Shown here in pieces: positions 28,186 to 37,951 of a DNA stretch of 64,000 nt. The DNA is taken from IMG/VR virus record IMGVR_UViG_3300031994_000035, positions 59,840-123,839 of that record. One strand, given 5' to 3'. Position 1 is the stretch's first letter, and every line of letters starts with the position of its first letter. This DNA is from a virus (taxonomy: Duplodnaviria; Caudoviricetes). Below the pieces are notes generated by a model. That model made no database searches, was not told the origin of the DNA, and was given only the letters and a program-made list of their open reading frames with translations. The position numbers and the translations under genes were made by a program.

Positions 28186-29196
28186 ATGGCAGATTTATTA
28201 AAAGTTACACAAGAGGATTTACAAAATGCAAATCAGTCTGAAAATGTAGAAAAGGATGTATACGTCCTAACATGTAGAGAAGACAAAAAGACTACTGGTC
28301 GAATCAAGTTTGTACCGTATTTCAATGCGGACGGAACTATCGGTAAGTCAGTTCACAGAATTTTTGACGTATCGATATCGTCAGTTGACGGAAATGAGAA
28401 ATCTTATTTCACGCTTACTGAAGACGACAATGCCACCCACCTTATTAAGTTTCTTTTCGGAATTAAGAAAAAACTTAAAAACATGGGTTACGAAACAATG
28501 CAGATCAAATCAAAATATTACACAATCGCCGAAGTGTATGAAGATTCCAACAGACCGGATCTTACGAATAAGATTGTAGTGTTCCGCTACAACCAGACAA
28601 TTAAAAAGGATGTGATTGAGGCATCCGTGAAAGACATCAGCGATTTGTACGGCGTTAAATCCCGTGTAATGGACATCCTTTTGAAGCTTGTAAGCAAAAC
28701 AATTGGAAAATCCGTAGTCAATGTGCCAACCTATGGTTCATGTTCGATTTCAGACGAATCATATGAAATCACCGATGAAAACGGCAATAACTTCACAGAG
28801 TTGTCTGAAAAGGCTCGTAAGGCTGTAGAACAAAGTATTTCTGATACATCTGAATATCTTGACAAGATTAAAGAGCATAACTCTATCAAGAATATCAGTA
28901 AGAGCACTTTGAAAGAGTTCAAATTCATTCTTCAGACGCAATATGGCATCACATTTAATATCTCTGATTTCTTTGACTCAGAAGATGAAGAGGAAGTGGA
29001 TGCAACTGCTACACCTGCTGCAAAACCTCAGCAAGTAAAATTGGAGCCTGTTGCAAGAGCTGAAAAACCTGAAAAGCCTGCAGATGACGACGATGATCTT
29101 TTCAATGATCCGAAACCTGCCAAGCCTGCAAAACCTGGACAGGAATTTAAAGCACCTGCAAATAAATATGGTGATGATGTAGAAGACATATTCTAG
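28186..29196 (+). CDS. Single-stranded DNA-binding protein (T4 gp32-like)
   Basis: RIKFVP, VYEDSNRPDLTNKIVVFRY; acidic tail ending DDVEDIF. Confidence 0.7.
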   Translation: MADLLKVTQEDLQNANQSENVEKDVYVLTCREDKKTTGRIKFVPYFNADGTIGKSVHRIFDVSISSVDGNEKSYFTLTEDDNATHLIKFLFGIKKKLKNMGYETMQIKSKYYTIAEVYEDSNRPDLTNKIVVFRYNQTIKKDVIEASVKDISDLYGVKSRVMDILLKLVSKTIGKSVVNVPTYGSCSISDESYEITDENGNNFTELSEKARKAVEQSISDTSEYLDKIKEHNSIKNISKSTLKEFKFILQTQYGITFNISDFFDSEDEEEVDATATPAAKPQQVKLEPVARAEKPEKPADDDDDLFNDPKPAKPAKPGQEFKAPANKYGDDVEDIF

Positions 29197-29230
29197 TACT
29201 TCATAATATTTTATTAACTACTTGTGTTGG

Positions 29231-29267
29231 ATACCGTCCTTGAATTTTTTGAGGACGGTATTTTTAT
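29231..29267. terminator. Terminator hairpin between convergent genes
   Basis: ATACCGTCCTTGAA-TTT-TTTGAGGACGGTAT followed by TTTT. Confidence 0.7.
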
Positions 29268-29926
29268 TTATTGAATTTAGCTAGGTATGAGCAAACCAAT
29301 GCATATGAATCTATAATATCGTCTATCGGTTTTTTGACCGAGTTATCTTTCTCAACATACAAGGTTGAAAGATTTTTGGATACATAGTCCTTTAAACCTG
29401 GTTCACATACATGCTCTTTTTCAAGGAACGCTGAAAGCATTAAGGATTTATCTGCATTCCCTTTGCCTGAAAATAGTTTTTTATTATCAGAAGGTGATAT
29501 TACATATATGTTCTCAGGAGATGTTTCAATTACCAATGCATGACGGAACATAGAATTGAATGCTATCAGATCTATGAACGAATTGCCCTTGCTGCCGAAA
29601 GAGAATCCTTCAAACACGAAGATGTCATCAGGTTGAGGTTTTATCGTCTCTATGATTTTATTGGATAGGTTATAGGCGTTCTTTATCTTCGTCTGTTCTG
29701 TTTCACAGTAATCGTCAGATGTCTTTTCTATTTTTTCATATGGAACCACATCTATGTAATCGAATAAGTTAATATCCATATGCACGGAATATGGCTTGAG
29801 GATCTGCCATTTTTCCATCTTTTTAGATCCTACTGACGGAAATGAATAAAACTTTACAACAGATCCATCCGAAAATCTGGTTATTGCTGTTGAATTGACT
29901 GAAAAGTCTATACCGTAAATGTTCAT
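29264..29926 (-). CDS. RuvC-like Holliday junction resolvase
   Basis: IYGIDFSVNSTA, FEGFSFGS, KKLFSGKGNADK and DDIIDSY motifs. Confidence 0.8.
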   Translation of the reverse strand: MNIYGIDFSVNSTAITRFSDGSVVKFYSFPSVGSKKMEKWQILKPYSVHMDINLFDYIDVVPYEKIEKTSDDYCETEQTKIKNAYNLSNKIIETIKPQPDDIFVFEGFSFGSKGNSFIDLIAFNSMFRHALVIETSPENIYVISPSDNKKLFSGKGNADKSLMLSAFLEKEHVCEPGLKDYVSKNLSTLYVEKDNSVKKPIDDIIDSYALVCSYLAKFNK

Positions 29927-29936
29927 AAAACTAACA

Positions 29937-31754
29937 TTAAATTAATACCTTATATTCACCGGCTTCAGTGTCTATGCATTTAACTGTAAAATGATCCTTG
30001 CCGTCAAGCATCGCTGAAACCATTGTTCCTCCTATCTGTATATTAACTGTAGCTTCAATCTTTCTAGAGAATATAACAACTATGTTCTTACCTGTCTGTA
30101 CAGGGTACTCATCACTGTTAAATTTAAATGCAAGGTAATCACCGTCATCTGTTAGGACATTACATGAGACAGTATCCGTACCATATCCTAAATTTACAGT
30201 ATAGCCGTAATCTTCAGAAATCTCTTCTTCAGAACTGATAAGCGCAACATCAAGTACTGTAACATTATCATATGAATCCGTTGATGAAATCTGGTACTTA
30301 TTGTCAACAACAGATATATCTATGCCTGAACCTGCAGTATACCCTACAATCTGTCTGCTAATTGATTCCAATTCATTCTTCAGTTGCTGGTTTTCATTAG
30401 TAAGCGCCAGTATGATGTTCTCATACTGTCTGAACCTGCCGCTTATTTCATTATACTGCTTCTCAAGAGTCATAAACAATGACGAAGCCTTCTGCAATTC
30501 ACGCATTGCATCCGAAAACATGTTAAGGCCTGTAAGAGTCGACTCGTCTGAAATAGAATATGAGTCGCCGGTACCAGCATTGATATCTATCTTAAGGTCA
30601 AGTTTTATACCGAATGAGTTGCCATTGTATTTGTCAACAACGCTCGTCTTATATTTAGGATATCTTTGGATGTAGCCTACTACGCCTTCTTCATTCTGCC
30701 ATTGGACGTTATCCAGAAATAATATGCCATACAGGTTTGTGACAGTTTCATTCCTTGACTTATCATATAGATCATAATATATGAGAATCGCATTGAATTC
30801 AAAAGCATGGCTGTCTGCTGACAGGTTGTAGTCATTAATGGAGTTTATTTTTGCATTTGACGTAATATCATAATAATCTGACGCATTAAAATCTATGCCT
30901 ATGAATTTATCCATTTCATATGTACCGTCATATTCCGCAGTCGTATCCTCGCTGTCATAGAAGGCGGTATTGCTTCCGATTACCGAGGATGATGAAGATC
31001 TTGAACCTATGATATATCCTGGATCTGTTGTAGAACTGTCTGTTTTAACATTGTATATGCCTTCATCTTTTCTCTTACTATGTGTAAGGTCATCCTTAAA
31101 AATTATTTTAGGAGTGCACCCTGCTTCTGAAGGAATATGCATGTACAATTGTGTATAGCTGTCACCAGCCTTGTCATTTTTGTTAATGATATCTATCGTC
31201 CCTAGATACTTAACGAATGTGTCGTCATTTGGCATTTCTTCAGTGCTTTCGCTCGTATGACGTATTTCTTTGTAGTAAGTATCTTCATTCAAATCCAAAA
31301 GGCCGTTTGAGACATACTTATCGTCATCCGTAATCGCTCCAAACTCTATAGCGTTTACTTTCTCAAGCCAGTTGAATAATATCGCTTCAGATGTCGATTT
31401 TTCAAAGACATCTGTTGAATCAATGTTCAACATGTATGACTCAAAATTAAGTATGTAGTTCTGGATGTTGCGTGCAAGCATGTCATTTAATCCATCCTGT
31501 GTTGAAGTGTCATATGGCACTGTGGAGTATCTGTCTCTTTTAGGATACTTGATGACGAATGTATAGTTCTTTTCACGTCTGTCGTCGCTGTCCACGTCAG
31601 CGTATAGATCAGGCAGGTTGACGCATGCGAATTTCGAAAATGAAAATTCGACATTTGAATTAGTCATCATTGACATTAAGTCATTATTGGCAGATGAAAA
31701 CGTATATAATGTCCCACCTGACGTTTTTAATTTCTGAATATGAGGAGTTCTCAT
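29937..31754 (-). CDS. Putative virion structural protein
   Basis: 605 aa, acidic, with coiled coil; late promoter at 31794-31787. Confidence 0.55.
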   Translation of the reverse strand: MRTPHIQKLKTSGGTLYTFSSANNDLMSMMTNSNVEFSFSKFACVNLPDLYADVDSDDRREKNYTFVIKYPKRDRYSTVPYDTSTQDGLNDMLARNIQNYILNFESYMLNIDSTDVFEKSTSEAILFNWLEKVNAIEFGAITDDDKYVSNGLLDLNEDTYYKEIRHTSESTEEMPNDDTFVKYLGTIDIINKNDKAGDSYTQLYMHIPSEAGCTPKIIFKDDLTHSKRKDEGIYNVKTDSSTTDPGYIIGSRSSSSSVIGSNTAFYDSEDTTAEYDGTYEMDKFIGIDFNASDYYDITSNAKINSINDYNLSADSHAFEFNAILIYYDLYDKSRNETVTNLYGILFLDNVQWQNEEGVVGYIQRYPKYKTSVVDKYNGNSFGIKLDLKIDINAGTGDSYSISDESTLTGLNMFSDAMRELQKASSLFMTLEKQYNEISGRFRQYENIILALTNENQQLKNELESISRQIVGYTAGSGIDISVVDNKYQISSTDSYDNVTVLDVALISSEEEISEDYGYTVNLGYGTDTVSCNVLTDDGDYLAFKFNSDEYPVQTGKNIVVIFSRKIEATVNIQIGGTMVSAMLDGKDHFTVKCIDTEAGEYKVLI

Positions 31755-31797
31755 GCTTTTGTTGTTTAATAATAAATAATATAAATTATTTATAAAA

Positions 31798-32160
31798 ATG
31801 GATGGACCTATAGAAATTGAAATATTTTACGGCAAGAAAAGTCCGTCCAAACCATTATCATCAAAAGAAGAACAGCTGGTAGACTGTAAACTGGTTGCAT
31901 ACCATAAAAAACGGTCAAAATATCTATATACCATATATCAGGTTGTAGAGGCCAACAAATATAATGACAGCAATGTAGAAATATTCCTTTCAGAGGCGAA
32001 AGCTGAAAAGCCATTAAAGGATGCAGAATGTATGTCAAGTACGAAGTTAATGAAGCTATGTACATTTGGCATTATCAAGGATACCGGATTTATTAAGTTC
32101 AGTACACGTAATAATCCCGTACTCCCTGACTTCTTTGAATTGGATGTAAAACCAGAGTAA
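31798..32160 (+). CDS. Hypothetical protein
   Basis: 120-aa ORF. Confidence 0.65.
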   Translation: MDGPIEIEIFYGKKSPSKPLSSKEEQLVDCKLVAYHKKRSKYLYTIYQVVEANKYNDSNVEIFLSEAKAEKPLKDAECMSSTKLMKLCTFGIIKDTGFIKFSTRNNPVLPDFFELDVKPE

Positions 32161-32161
32161 C

Positions 32162-32476
32162 ATGGAAATGAAGCAAAATGAAGCAATCGAAATATTAAAA
32201 ACTGCGTACAATAACATTCAAGATGAAAAATTAAAGGCAGCACTTGATATTGCGATTAAAAAATTGGATACAGAAAAAGCCTATCATGACTATTTGGACA
32301 TGAACAAACGTCATGACACTTTTTGGGAATACATTTCACATGTACCAAAAGATAAGTGGAACAAACCTGCAAAGGTTCTGATAGATGACGGTATGGGATA
32401 TTGCGCAAACGAACCTGCTGATGTAATAGATATGTACTATGACCATGACAGCGATACCATAAGAATCTGGATGTGA
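32162..32476 (+). CDS. Hypothetical protein whose stop codon is supplied by the IS right end
   Basis: TGA lies within the GTGAA IS end. Confidence 0.7.
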   Translation: MEMKQNEAIEILKTAYNNIQDEKLKAALDIAIKKLDTEKAYHDYLDMNKRHDTFWEYISHVPKDKWNKPAKVLIDDGMGYCANEPADVIDMYYDHDSDTIRIWM

Positions 32477-33785
32477 ACTACCTACAAACTAAAGATTTGT
32501 AGGCTTCGGGTTTCACAGACGATTGCTTGCAAGCAAGTCTTACATCATCTCCGCCCGTGTAATCGACAGTCCCTGCCGATAGAGTTTTTAATCCTTCTCT
32601 AAGGATATTGATTGAAGCATTCAAGTCCCTGTTGTGATGTTTACCACATTTAGGACAAGTCCATTCCCGTACATTTAAGTCTTTAGTATTTTGATTGATA
32701 TATCCGCACTCACTACAAGTCTGTGAACTTGGAAAATATCTGTTGATTTTCACCAAAGTCTTATCTTCCTGACTGCATTTGTATTCAAGAAAATTTACGA
32801 ATGTTCCCCAACTTACATCTGCAATATGCTTTGCAAGTCTGTGGTTCTTAATCATTCCTTTTACATTAAGGTTCTCACAACAGATTATATCATAATTCCT
32901 TACAAGTTCCGTTGAAACCTTATGCAACATATCATTTCTTGAATTTGCAATCTTCTTGTGAATCTTGACAACTTTCCTTCTTTGGTTTTCGTAAGAATTA
33001 CTGTCTTTGCATTTACGAGAAAGATGCTTTTGTGATTTACTTAATTGTCTTTCATATTTTTTTGTGTATCTATGGTTCTTATAGACTTTTCCGTCAGATG
33101 TGATTACAAAATCCTTCAATCCCAAATCTATTCCAACTGATTTGTTTGTCTTTTCTATAGGCTCATATTGTTGTTCAGTCAGAATTGCAACATAGTATTT
33201 TTCATCGCAGTCTTTTGATATTGTCATTGAATGCACATTACCATTAACTTCGCAATGCTTCTTGATTTTTATGTTTGATTTAAACTTAGGCAATGATATT
33301 GAATTTCCGTTAATGGAACAGAACTGTGGAACAACAAACGAATTTCTGTCTTTCTTTGACTTGAACCTTGGAAACTTCGCATTACCTCTAAAGAAATTTA
33401 GATACGCTGATTCAAGATGCCTCAAACTATGTTGGAGTGTCTGACTATTGATTTCCTTCAGCCAAGAATACTCTTCTTTCTTTTTAAGAAGCGTCAGTTT
33501 CTTTGCCTGCTCATAATAGTTGTCGGACTTCTGTGTTTCTCTATATTGTTCCTTTCGTTCATTGAGAAAATGATTATACACAAAACGAACACATCCAAAA
33601 TACTTGCTCAACAATTCTTGTTGTTCGGTATTCGGATACATTCTAAACTTATATGTCTTGTATATCGTCTTCACTATATAATCAATTTCTATAGTTATTT
33701 ATTTGCAAATTTACAAAAAACTTTTATATTTGTAAATAAATAATTCAAAGACTAAAGACCTTTGAATTTTCTCACTAAGCAAATT
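32473..33785 (-). mobile_element. Non-autonomous IS605/IS1341-type element
   Basis: Right end TTCAC with hairpin CCTACAAA-CTAAAGA-TTTGTAGG; left-end hairpin AATTCAAAG-ACTAAAGAC-CTTTGAATT with the same loop; TTAT target; excision restores TGG ATA TAA. Confidence 0.85.
32478..33674 (-). CDS. tnpB: TnpB RNA-guided nuclease
   Basis: HTH FGCVRFVYN; GIDLGLK, CENL, CSECG/CPKCG, RDLNASINI. Confidence 0.93.
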   Translation of the reverse strand: MKTIYKTYKFRMYPNTEQQELLSKYFGCVRFVYNHFLNERKEQYRETQKSDNYYEQAKKLTLLKKKEEYSWLKEINSQTLQHSLRHLESAYLNFFRGNAKFPRFKSKKDRNSFVVPQFCSINGNSISLPKFKSNIKIKKHCEVNGNVHSMTISKDCDEKYYVAILTEQQYEPIEKTNKSVGIDLGLKDFVITSDGKVYKNHRYTKKYERQLSKSQKHLSRKCKDSNSYENQRRKVVKIHKKIANSRNDMLHKVSTELVRNYDIICCENLNVKGMIKNHRLAKHIADVSWGTFVNFLEYKCSQEDKTLVKINRYFPSSQTCSECGYINQNTKDLNVREWTCPKCGKHHNRDLNASINILREGLKTLSAGTVDYTGGDDVRLACKQSSVKPEAYKSLVCR

Positions 33786-33808
33786 ATAAAAATTAAATAT
33801 TTAATAAT

Positions 33809-34654
33809 ATGCTTAACGTAGTAATACTTTCAAAACCAAGGTTTATAGAAGACCTTGAAGACATCATCAGATACTATAACACGGTATTTGACGCACGTGT
33901 AATAGCCTTCTGCAACTTTGAAAATACTTTCAAGTCAACTGACAACATCATCATACGTACAGTCGCTCCCTATAAAGGATTCCATAGACAGGCATTGCTC
34001 TATGAGGATTTCATGAATAATAACAATATCATAAATGACGGAGACTATGTACTGTTCGTTGATGACGATGAATACCTATTCAGTCCGTCAGACATTAAAC
34101 TTGAGGACATGTTCAAAATCTATGACAGGGATATGTATGTATTCACAGAAGTCATGATGTCTTCTAGGAAACTGTTAGATACTAGGAACACTACTCAAAG
34201 ACTATATGATATCTTAACCTATAGGCAGACTAGAAAGGACAGTCAGTTAAAGTCTGCAATAAGATATCACAAAGACTACATCTATGATTTCCATACTAAA
34301 TTAAAAGAAGATCACCTGCCTTTGCACACACCTTTAATCAATAATGAGTTTAAGGCCTCCATGCTGTACTTCGACGTTGACGGAAGGTTGAACTGCTATG
34401 ACGGATTAACCTCATCATATGCTATGATACCAACCGACAATCTGAGTCCTAAGATTTACCACTATCATATTAAATCTAGGGAAGATTGGGAATTTAAGAT
34501 AATGAGGGGAAGCGCTGCAAGCAGAACTCCATGGTATGATTCAGACATTACAAAGAACATGTTCTATGGAAACTATGATAAAGAAGATTTATCATTCAGA
34601 CAGTTTATGCAGGAACAATTCTCCAACCGTTTCCAAGGTCCTCAATGTCATTAA
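33809..34654 (+). CDS. GT-A fold glycosyltransferase (GT2/GT92-like)
   Basis: VLFVDDDEYL (DxD), KSAIR and IYHYHIKSREDW..K..RG motifs. Confidence 0.75.
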   Translation: MLNVVILSKPRFIEDLEDIIRYYNTVFDARVIAFCNFENTFKSTDNIIIRTVAPYKGFHRQALLYEDFMNNNNIINDGDYVLFVDDDEYLFSPSDIKLEDMFKIYDRDMYVFTEVMMSSRKLLDTRNTTQRLYDILTYRQTRKDSQLKSAIRYHKDYIYDFHTKLKEDHLPLHTPLINNEFKASMLYFDVDGRLNCYDGLTSSYAMIPTDNLSPKIYHYHIKSREDWEFKIMRGSAASRTPWYDSDITKNMFYGNYDKEDLSFRQFMQEQFSNRFQGPQCH

Positions 34655-37600
34655 GGTATAACCGTACTTCAGTTGTCTGGGTATTGTCAATGTCTTTATC
34701 GTTTTTATTTGGTACAGGAGGATTGCCATTATTGTTATTATTTTTATCATTAATGGCTTTAACCACCTTGTCGGTAGATTCCTTGGTCGAATTTTTTGTT
34801 TCAACAATATTGCCTTTCATCTGTTCGACAATAATCTGACAGATTTGTTCCACCCGTTTTGAAAGCTTTTCAAACGGCGTGTCACCAAGCTTTGCTACAT
34901 CGCTGAATGTTTTAAATGCTCCTGAAAGCGCCGTAGCCTTGTCAGTATCCAAAATGTTTATTGCCTTTACAGACCTTTCAAGGCCTTCTGCAATATTTCC
35001 AAAGTTTTTATCAGCTACATTACCGAGTGTAGATATATTTTTTGTTATGGAATCAAGTGCTTCAAGGTCGCCGTCTTCCAATGAATCAAGTTCGTCAAGC
35101 GCTTTTATTGTAGACTCTCCACAAATACTTTCAATGAATGAAGATATATTTTTACCCTTTTCAGAAAATTGCGATGTATCAATTTGCGTTACTGACTGCG
35201 ACGCCGTAACAAGATCAACTATTGATTTTGAGTAATTTGAAAGATTTTCTGAAAGGTCTGCGGCATCAGCCAGTTTTTGACTGTATTTTGATATATCAAA
35301 GCTTTCTAAAAATTTTGTAATAGTTGTAGAAATATTTTCAGCAATCTTTGTAGGATTCAGCTTACCTACAGATTCCTTACCTTTACTTGTAGGAAGTGTC
35401 GTCTGATTACCTTCGGAATCCGTATGAGGTACTTGTTCTATGTCATATACTGTAAGGTTCTCAAGATCGGCCCATCCTGCAAGTGCTTTAGCGAATACCA
35501 TAAATGATCCTGACAATGCAGTAAGGTCTACAGCGATTGCAAGGTATTTAGCAAGTTTTCCACCTAGTAAACCTGTCTTAACTTTATCAAGTCCGTCAAA
35601 AATTGCATTAACCGCTCCCGAAATATTTTCAGCGACAGTTTTAGGTGTAAGTTTAATAGTATCACCTGAACCCTTGAACCCTATAAGTACTTTTTCTTTT
35701 TTTCCATCAGATAAAGTTCTTTCTTCATATACTGGATCACCAGTCATCTTCATGCTGTCCATGTTAGCCCATACTGCAAGGGCTCCTGCAAATACCGTGA
35801 AACTTAATGAAAGTAATGTAAGGTCTGCTGCAAGTACAAGTGATTTGGCAAGCTTGAATATATTAGGCACCTCTAATCCATTAAACAATGCATTGACTGT
35901 TTCTGAAATATTTTTGGCGCATTCTACAGTATTAAGCTTGACCTTACCTGTTTTCTTATAACCTGTTATAACTTGATTGCCCTTTGAATCCGTACCATAT
36001 ATAGGTTCACTAATATCCATATCTTGAAGGTTCGCCCATACTGCAAGGGCACCTGCAAATGCCATGAAACTTATAGACAGCAATGTAAGGTCGACAGCAA
36101 GCGCTCCGAATGTTGCAAGTTTGAAAGGATTAGGAAATTCAATATTATCAAATAGCGTATTGACGGCGCTTGATACATTTGTTGCAATTGCATCCAAATC
36201 CATGTCATCAGTCAACAGTGCATTCAATGCTTTCAATGACAATGCAAATGACATTAATGATGTTGATACGGCAAGCAATCCTAAAGCACCTATTGCTGCA
36301 GGTATGGCTGCAAGGCTTGCAGCTGCGACGGCTCCGAATAACATCGCTGATGATCCAATCCATTCAATAATGTGAACAAAATCTACTTTTGTATCATTGA
36401 TCATCTTTAATGCAAGGCATAATCCTGCAACCGCCAGTACGACAAGACCTATGGACACTATACTTTTTAATGTTGAGGCAGGAGACGGAACAGATTTCAA
36501 TAATTTAGAAATTATTTTCATAGCGGTCCATGTCACAACAGCTCCGAGAACGGCAGGTACTGCCAGTAATCCTGAAAGGATCGTAGACAAGAACAACATA
36601 GATATGGAAAGCATGCATGCTGCTAGGCTTCTTACGCCTTGTTCGGCACGTTTTGCGCTTCCTGCCTTTATCATTTTCGTTATGCTTGTTACCAATGATA
36701 TGATAGGTTTCATAGCCAACCATGTGATAATGGCTCCTACGACGGCAGGTATTGCCATAATACCTGTAAGGGTGACAAGTGAGAATAGCTTCAATATGTT
36801 CTTGAATATGCTGTTAAGGTCATTGAGTTTGCTGTTGACAGATTTCAAGTGGGTCGTATTCAGATCTTTCTCATACTTTTTATCGCTGAATATCTTTAAT
36901 GTCTTAAGTATAGGTCCTTTAAGTGCCAGTCTTACTAATCCCCCCACAATCAATACAGGTATGGCAAGCAGTCCTGCTTTTATTGTAGTCTTAAACAAAT
37001 CTGAAATGCTTTCTATGGAGTAATTTATTTCATCTACAATATTGGATAGGTTCTGAGCCTCTTTAGGAGTGAATCCGTTTTCTTTGTCTGTAATCTTCTT
37101 AAGGGTTTTTACAATACTGTCCACACATGTATTCAGCATTTTCATGGTCACACGTGCTATGACAATCCTGCCTATGCCTGGAAGGTTTTCAAAGAAAGTA
37201 TTAAGTCCAGCTATGGAGAATACCCTGTTTATTGATTCGGCCTGTGCCTGTGTAATCTTAACAGTCGACAATGTTTTAACAAGATTTTGAAATGGACCAT
37301 CAGTATCGGCTATAATGCTGTTCATCCATTTCATCTTGAGGTTTGCAAATATCAATGATGTAATATCAGGCAATGTATTGAAAAATTCATTGATGGTCGT
37401 AAGCAGCTGTGCCGAACGTCTCTGGACATCCGTCAAATTTACCGACTCAAAGAATTTGAATATCTCGCTAAAGGAACCTATGACCTTGCCTATCGTTTTA
37501 TGGAAGAAGAAGATTTGTGCAGGCTTGACGCCCTCATTAATCGTCTTAAACAGTTTCTCAGTATAATGCAGCAGATCCTGAATATTATCGAAATCATATT

Positions 37601-37931
37601 TAAGGTTACTTATCTCATCTAACGTATGCGCATACTCACGAAGACCGTTTACAAGCGATATCAGGCTGCCTCCCTTGATATTGATGTTAAGGTCCATCTT
37701 ACCGTTTTCTCCACCTCTTCTGTCCTTTGCCGTATCCTTAAGGTTTTTAGACTTAAGAATCCTCTCAATATTATTAAGTGAGTCAACAGTGTTCTTAGTC
37801 CTCTTAGCAAGATCGCTTGATTTAAGGATTGTGGCTATGCTTTCAACACCCAAGTTTGTTTTCTTGGCTGTCTGGAGTATATTGGAATCACCGTCATGGA
37901 GAACGTGAAGTATTTCGTCAAGAGTAACCAT
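34605..37931 (-). CDS. Tape-measure-like tail protein
   Basis: 1108 aa, helical, hydrophobic Ala/Leu-rich repeats (AVDLTLLS..F..FAGALAVWA x3). Confidence 0.6.
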   Translation of the reverse strand: MVTLDEILHVLHDGDSNILQTAKKTNLGVESIATILKSSDLAKRTKNTVDSLNNIERILKSKNLKDTAKDRRGGENGKMDLNINIKGGSLISLVNGLREYAHTLDEISNLKYDFDNIQDLLHYTEKLFKTINEGVKPAQIFFFHKTIGKVIGSFSEIFKFFESVNLTDVQRRSAQLLTTINEFFNTLPDITSLIFANLKMKWMNSIIADTDGPFQNLVKTLSTVKITQAQAESINRVFSIAGLNTFFENLPGIGRIVIARVTMKMLNTCVDSIVKTLKKITDKENGFTPKEAQNLSNIVDEINYSIESISDLFKTTIKAGLLAIPVLIVGGLVRLALKGPILKTLKIFSDKKYEKDLNTTHLKSVNSKLNDLNSIFKNILKLFSLVTLTGIMAIPAVVGAIITWLAMKPIISLVTSITKMIKAGSAKRAEQGVRSLAACMLSISMLFLSTILSGLLAVPAVLGAVVTWTAMKIISKLLKSVPSPASTLKSIVSIGLVVLAVAGLCLALKMINDTKVDFVHIIEWIGSSAMLFGAVAAASLAAIPAAIGALGLLAVSTSLMSFALSLKALNALLTDDMDLDAIATNVSSAVNTLFDNIEFPNPFKLATFGALAVDLTLLSISFMAFAGALAVWANLQDMDISEPIYGTDSKGNQVITGYKKTGKVKLNTVECAKNISETVNALFNGLEVPNIFKLAKSLVLAADLTLLSLSFTVFAGALAVWANMDSMKMTGDPVYEERTLSDGKKEKVLIGFKGSGDTIKLTPKTVAENISGAVNAIFDGLDKVKTGLLGGKLAKYLAIAVDLTALSGSFMVFAKALAGWADLENLTVYDIEQVPHTDSEGNQTTLPTSKGKESVGKLNPTKIAENISTTITKFLESFDISKYSQKLADAADLSENLSNYSKSIVDLVTASQSVTQIDTSQFSEKGKNISSFIESICGESTIKALDELDSLEDGDLEALDSITKNISTLGNVADKNFGNIAEGLERSVKAINILDTDKATALSGAFKTFSDVAKLGDTPFEKLSKRVEQICQIIVEQMKGNIVETKNSTKESTDKVVKAINDKNNNNNGNPPVPNKNDKDIDNTQTTEVRLYLNDIEDLGNGWRIVPA

Positions 37932-37951
37932 TTAATGTCTGTCGAATTAGA

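Noticed and set aside
34645-37908. Numerous plus-strand ORFs opposite the tape-measure-like gene, and similar antisense ORFs elsewhere (e.g. 19664-20377)
   Set aside because: Shadow ORFs of long coding sequences with no motifs or start context.
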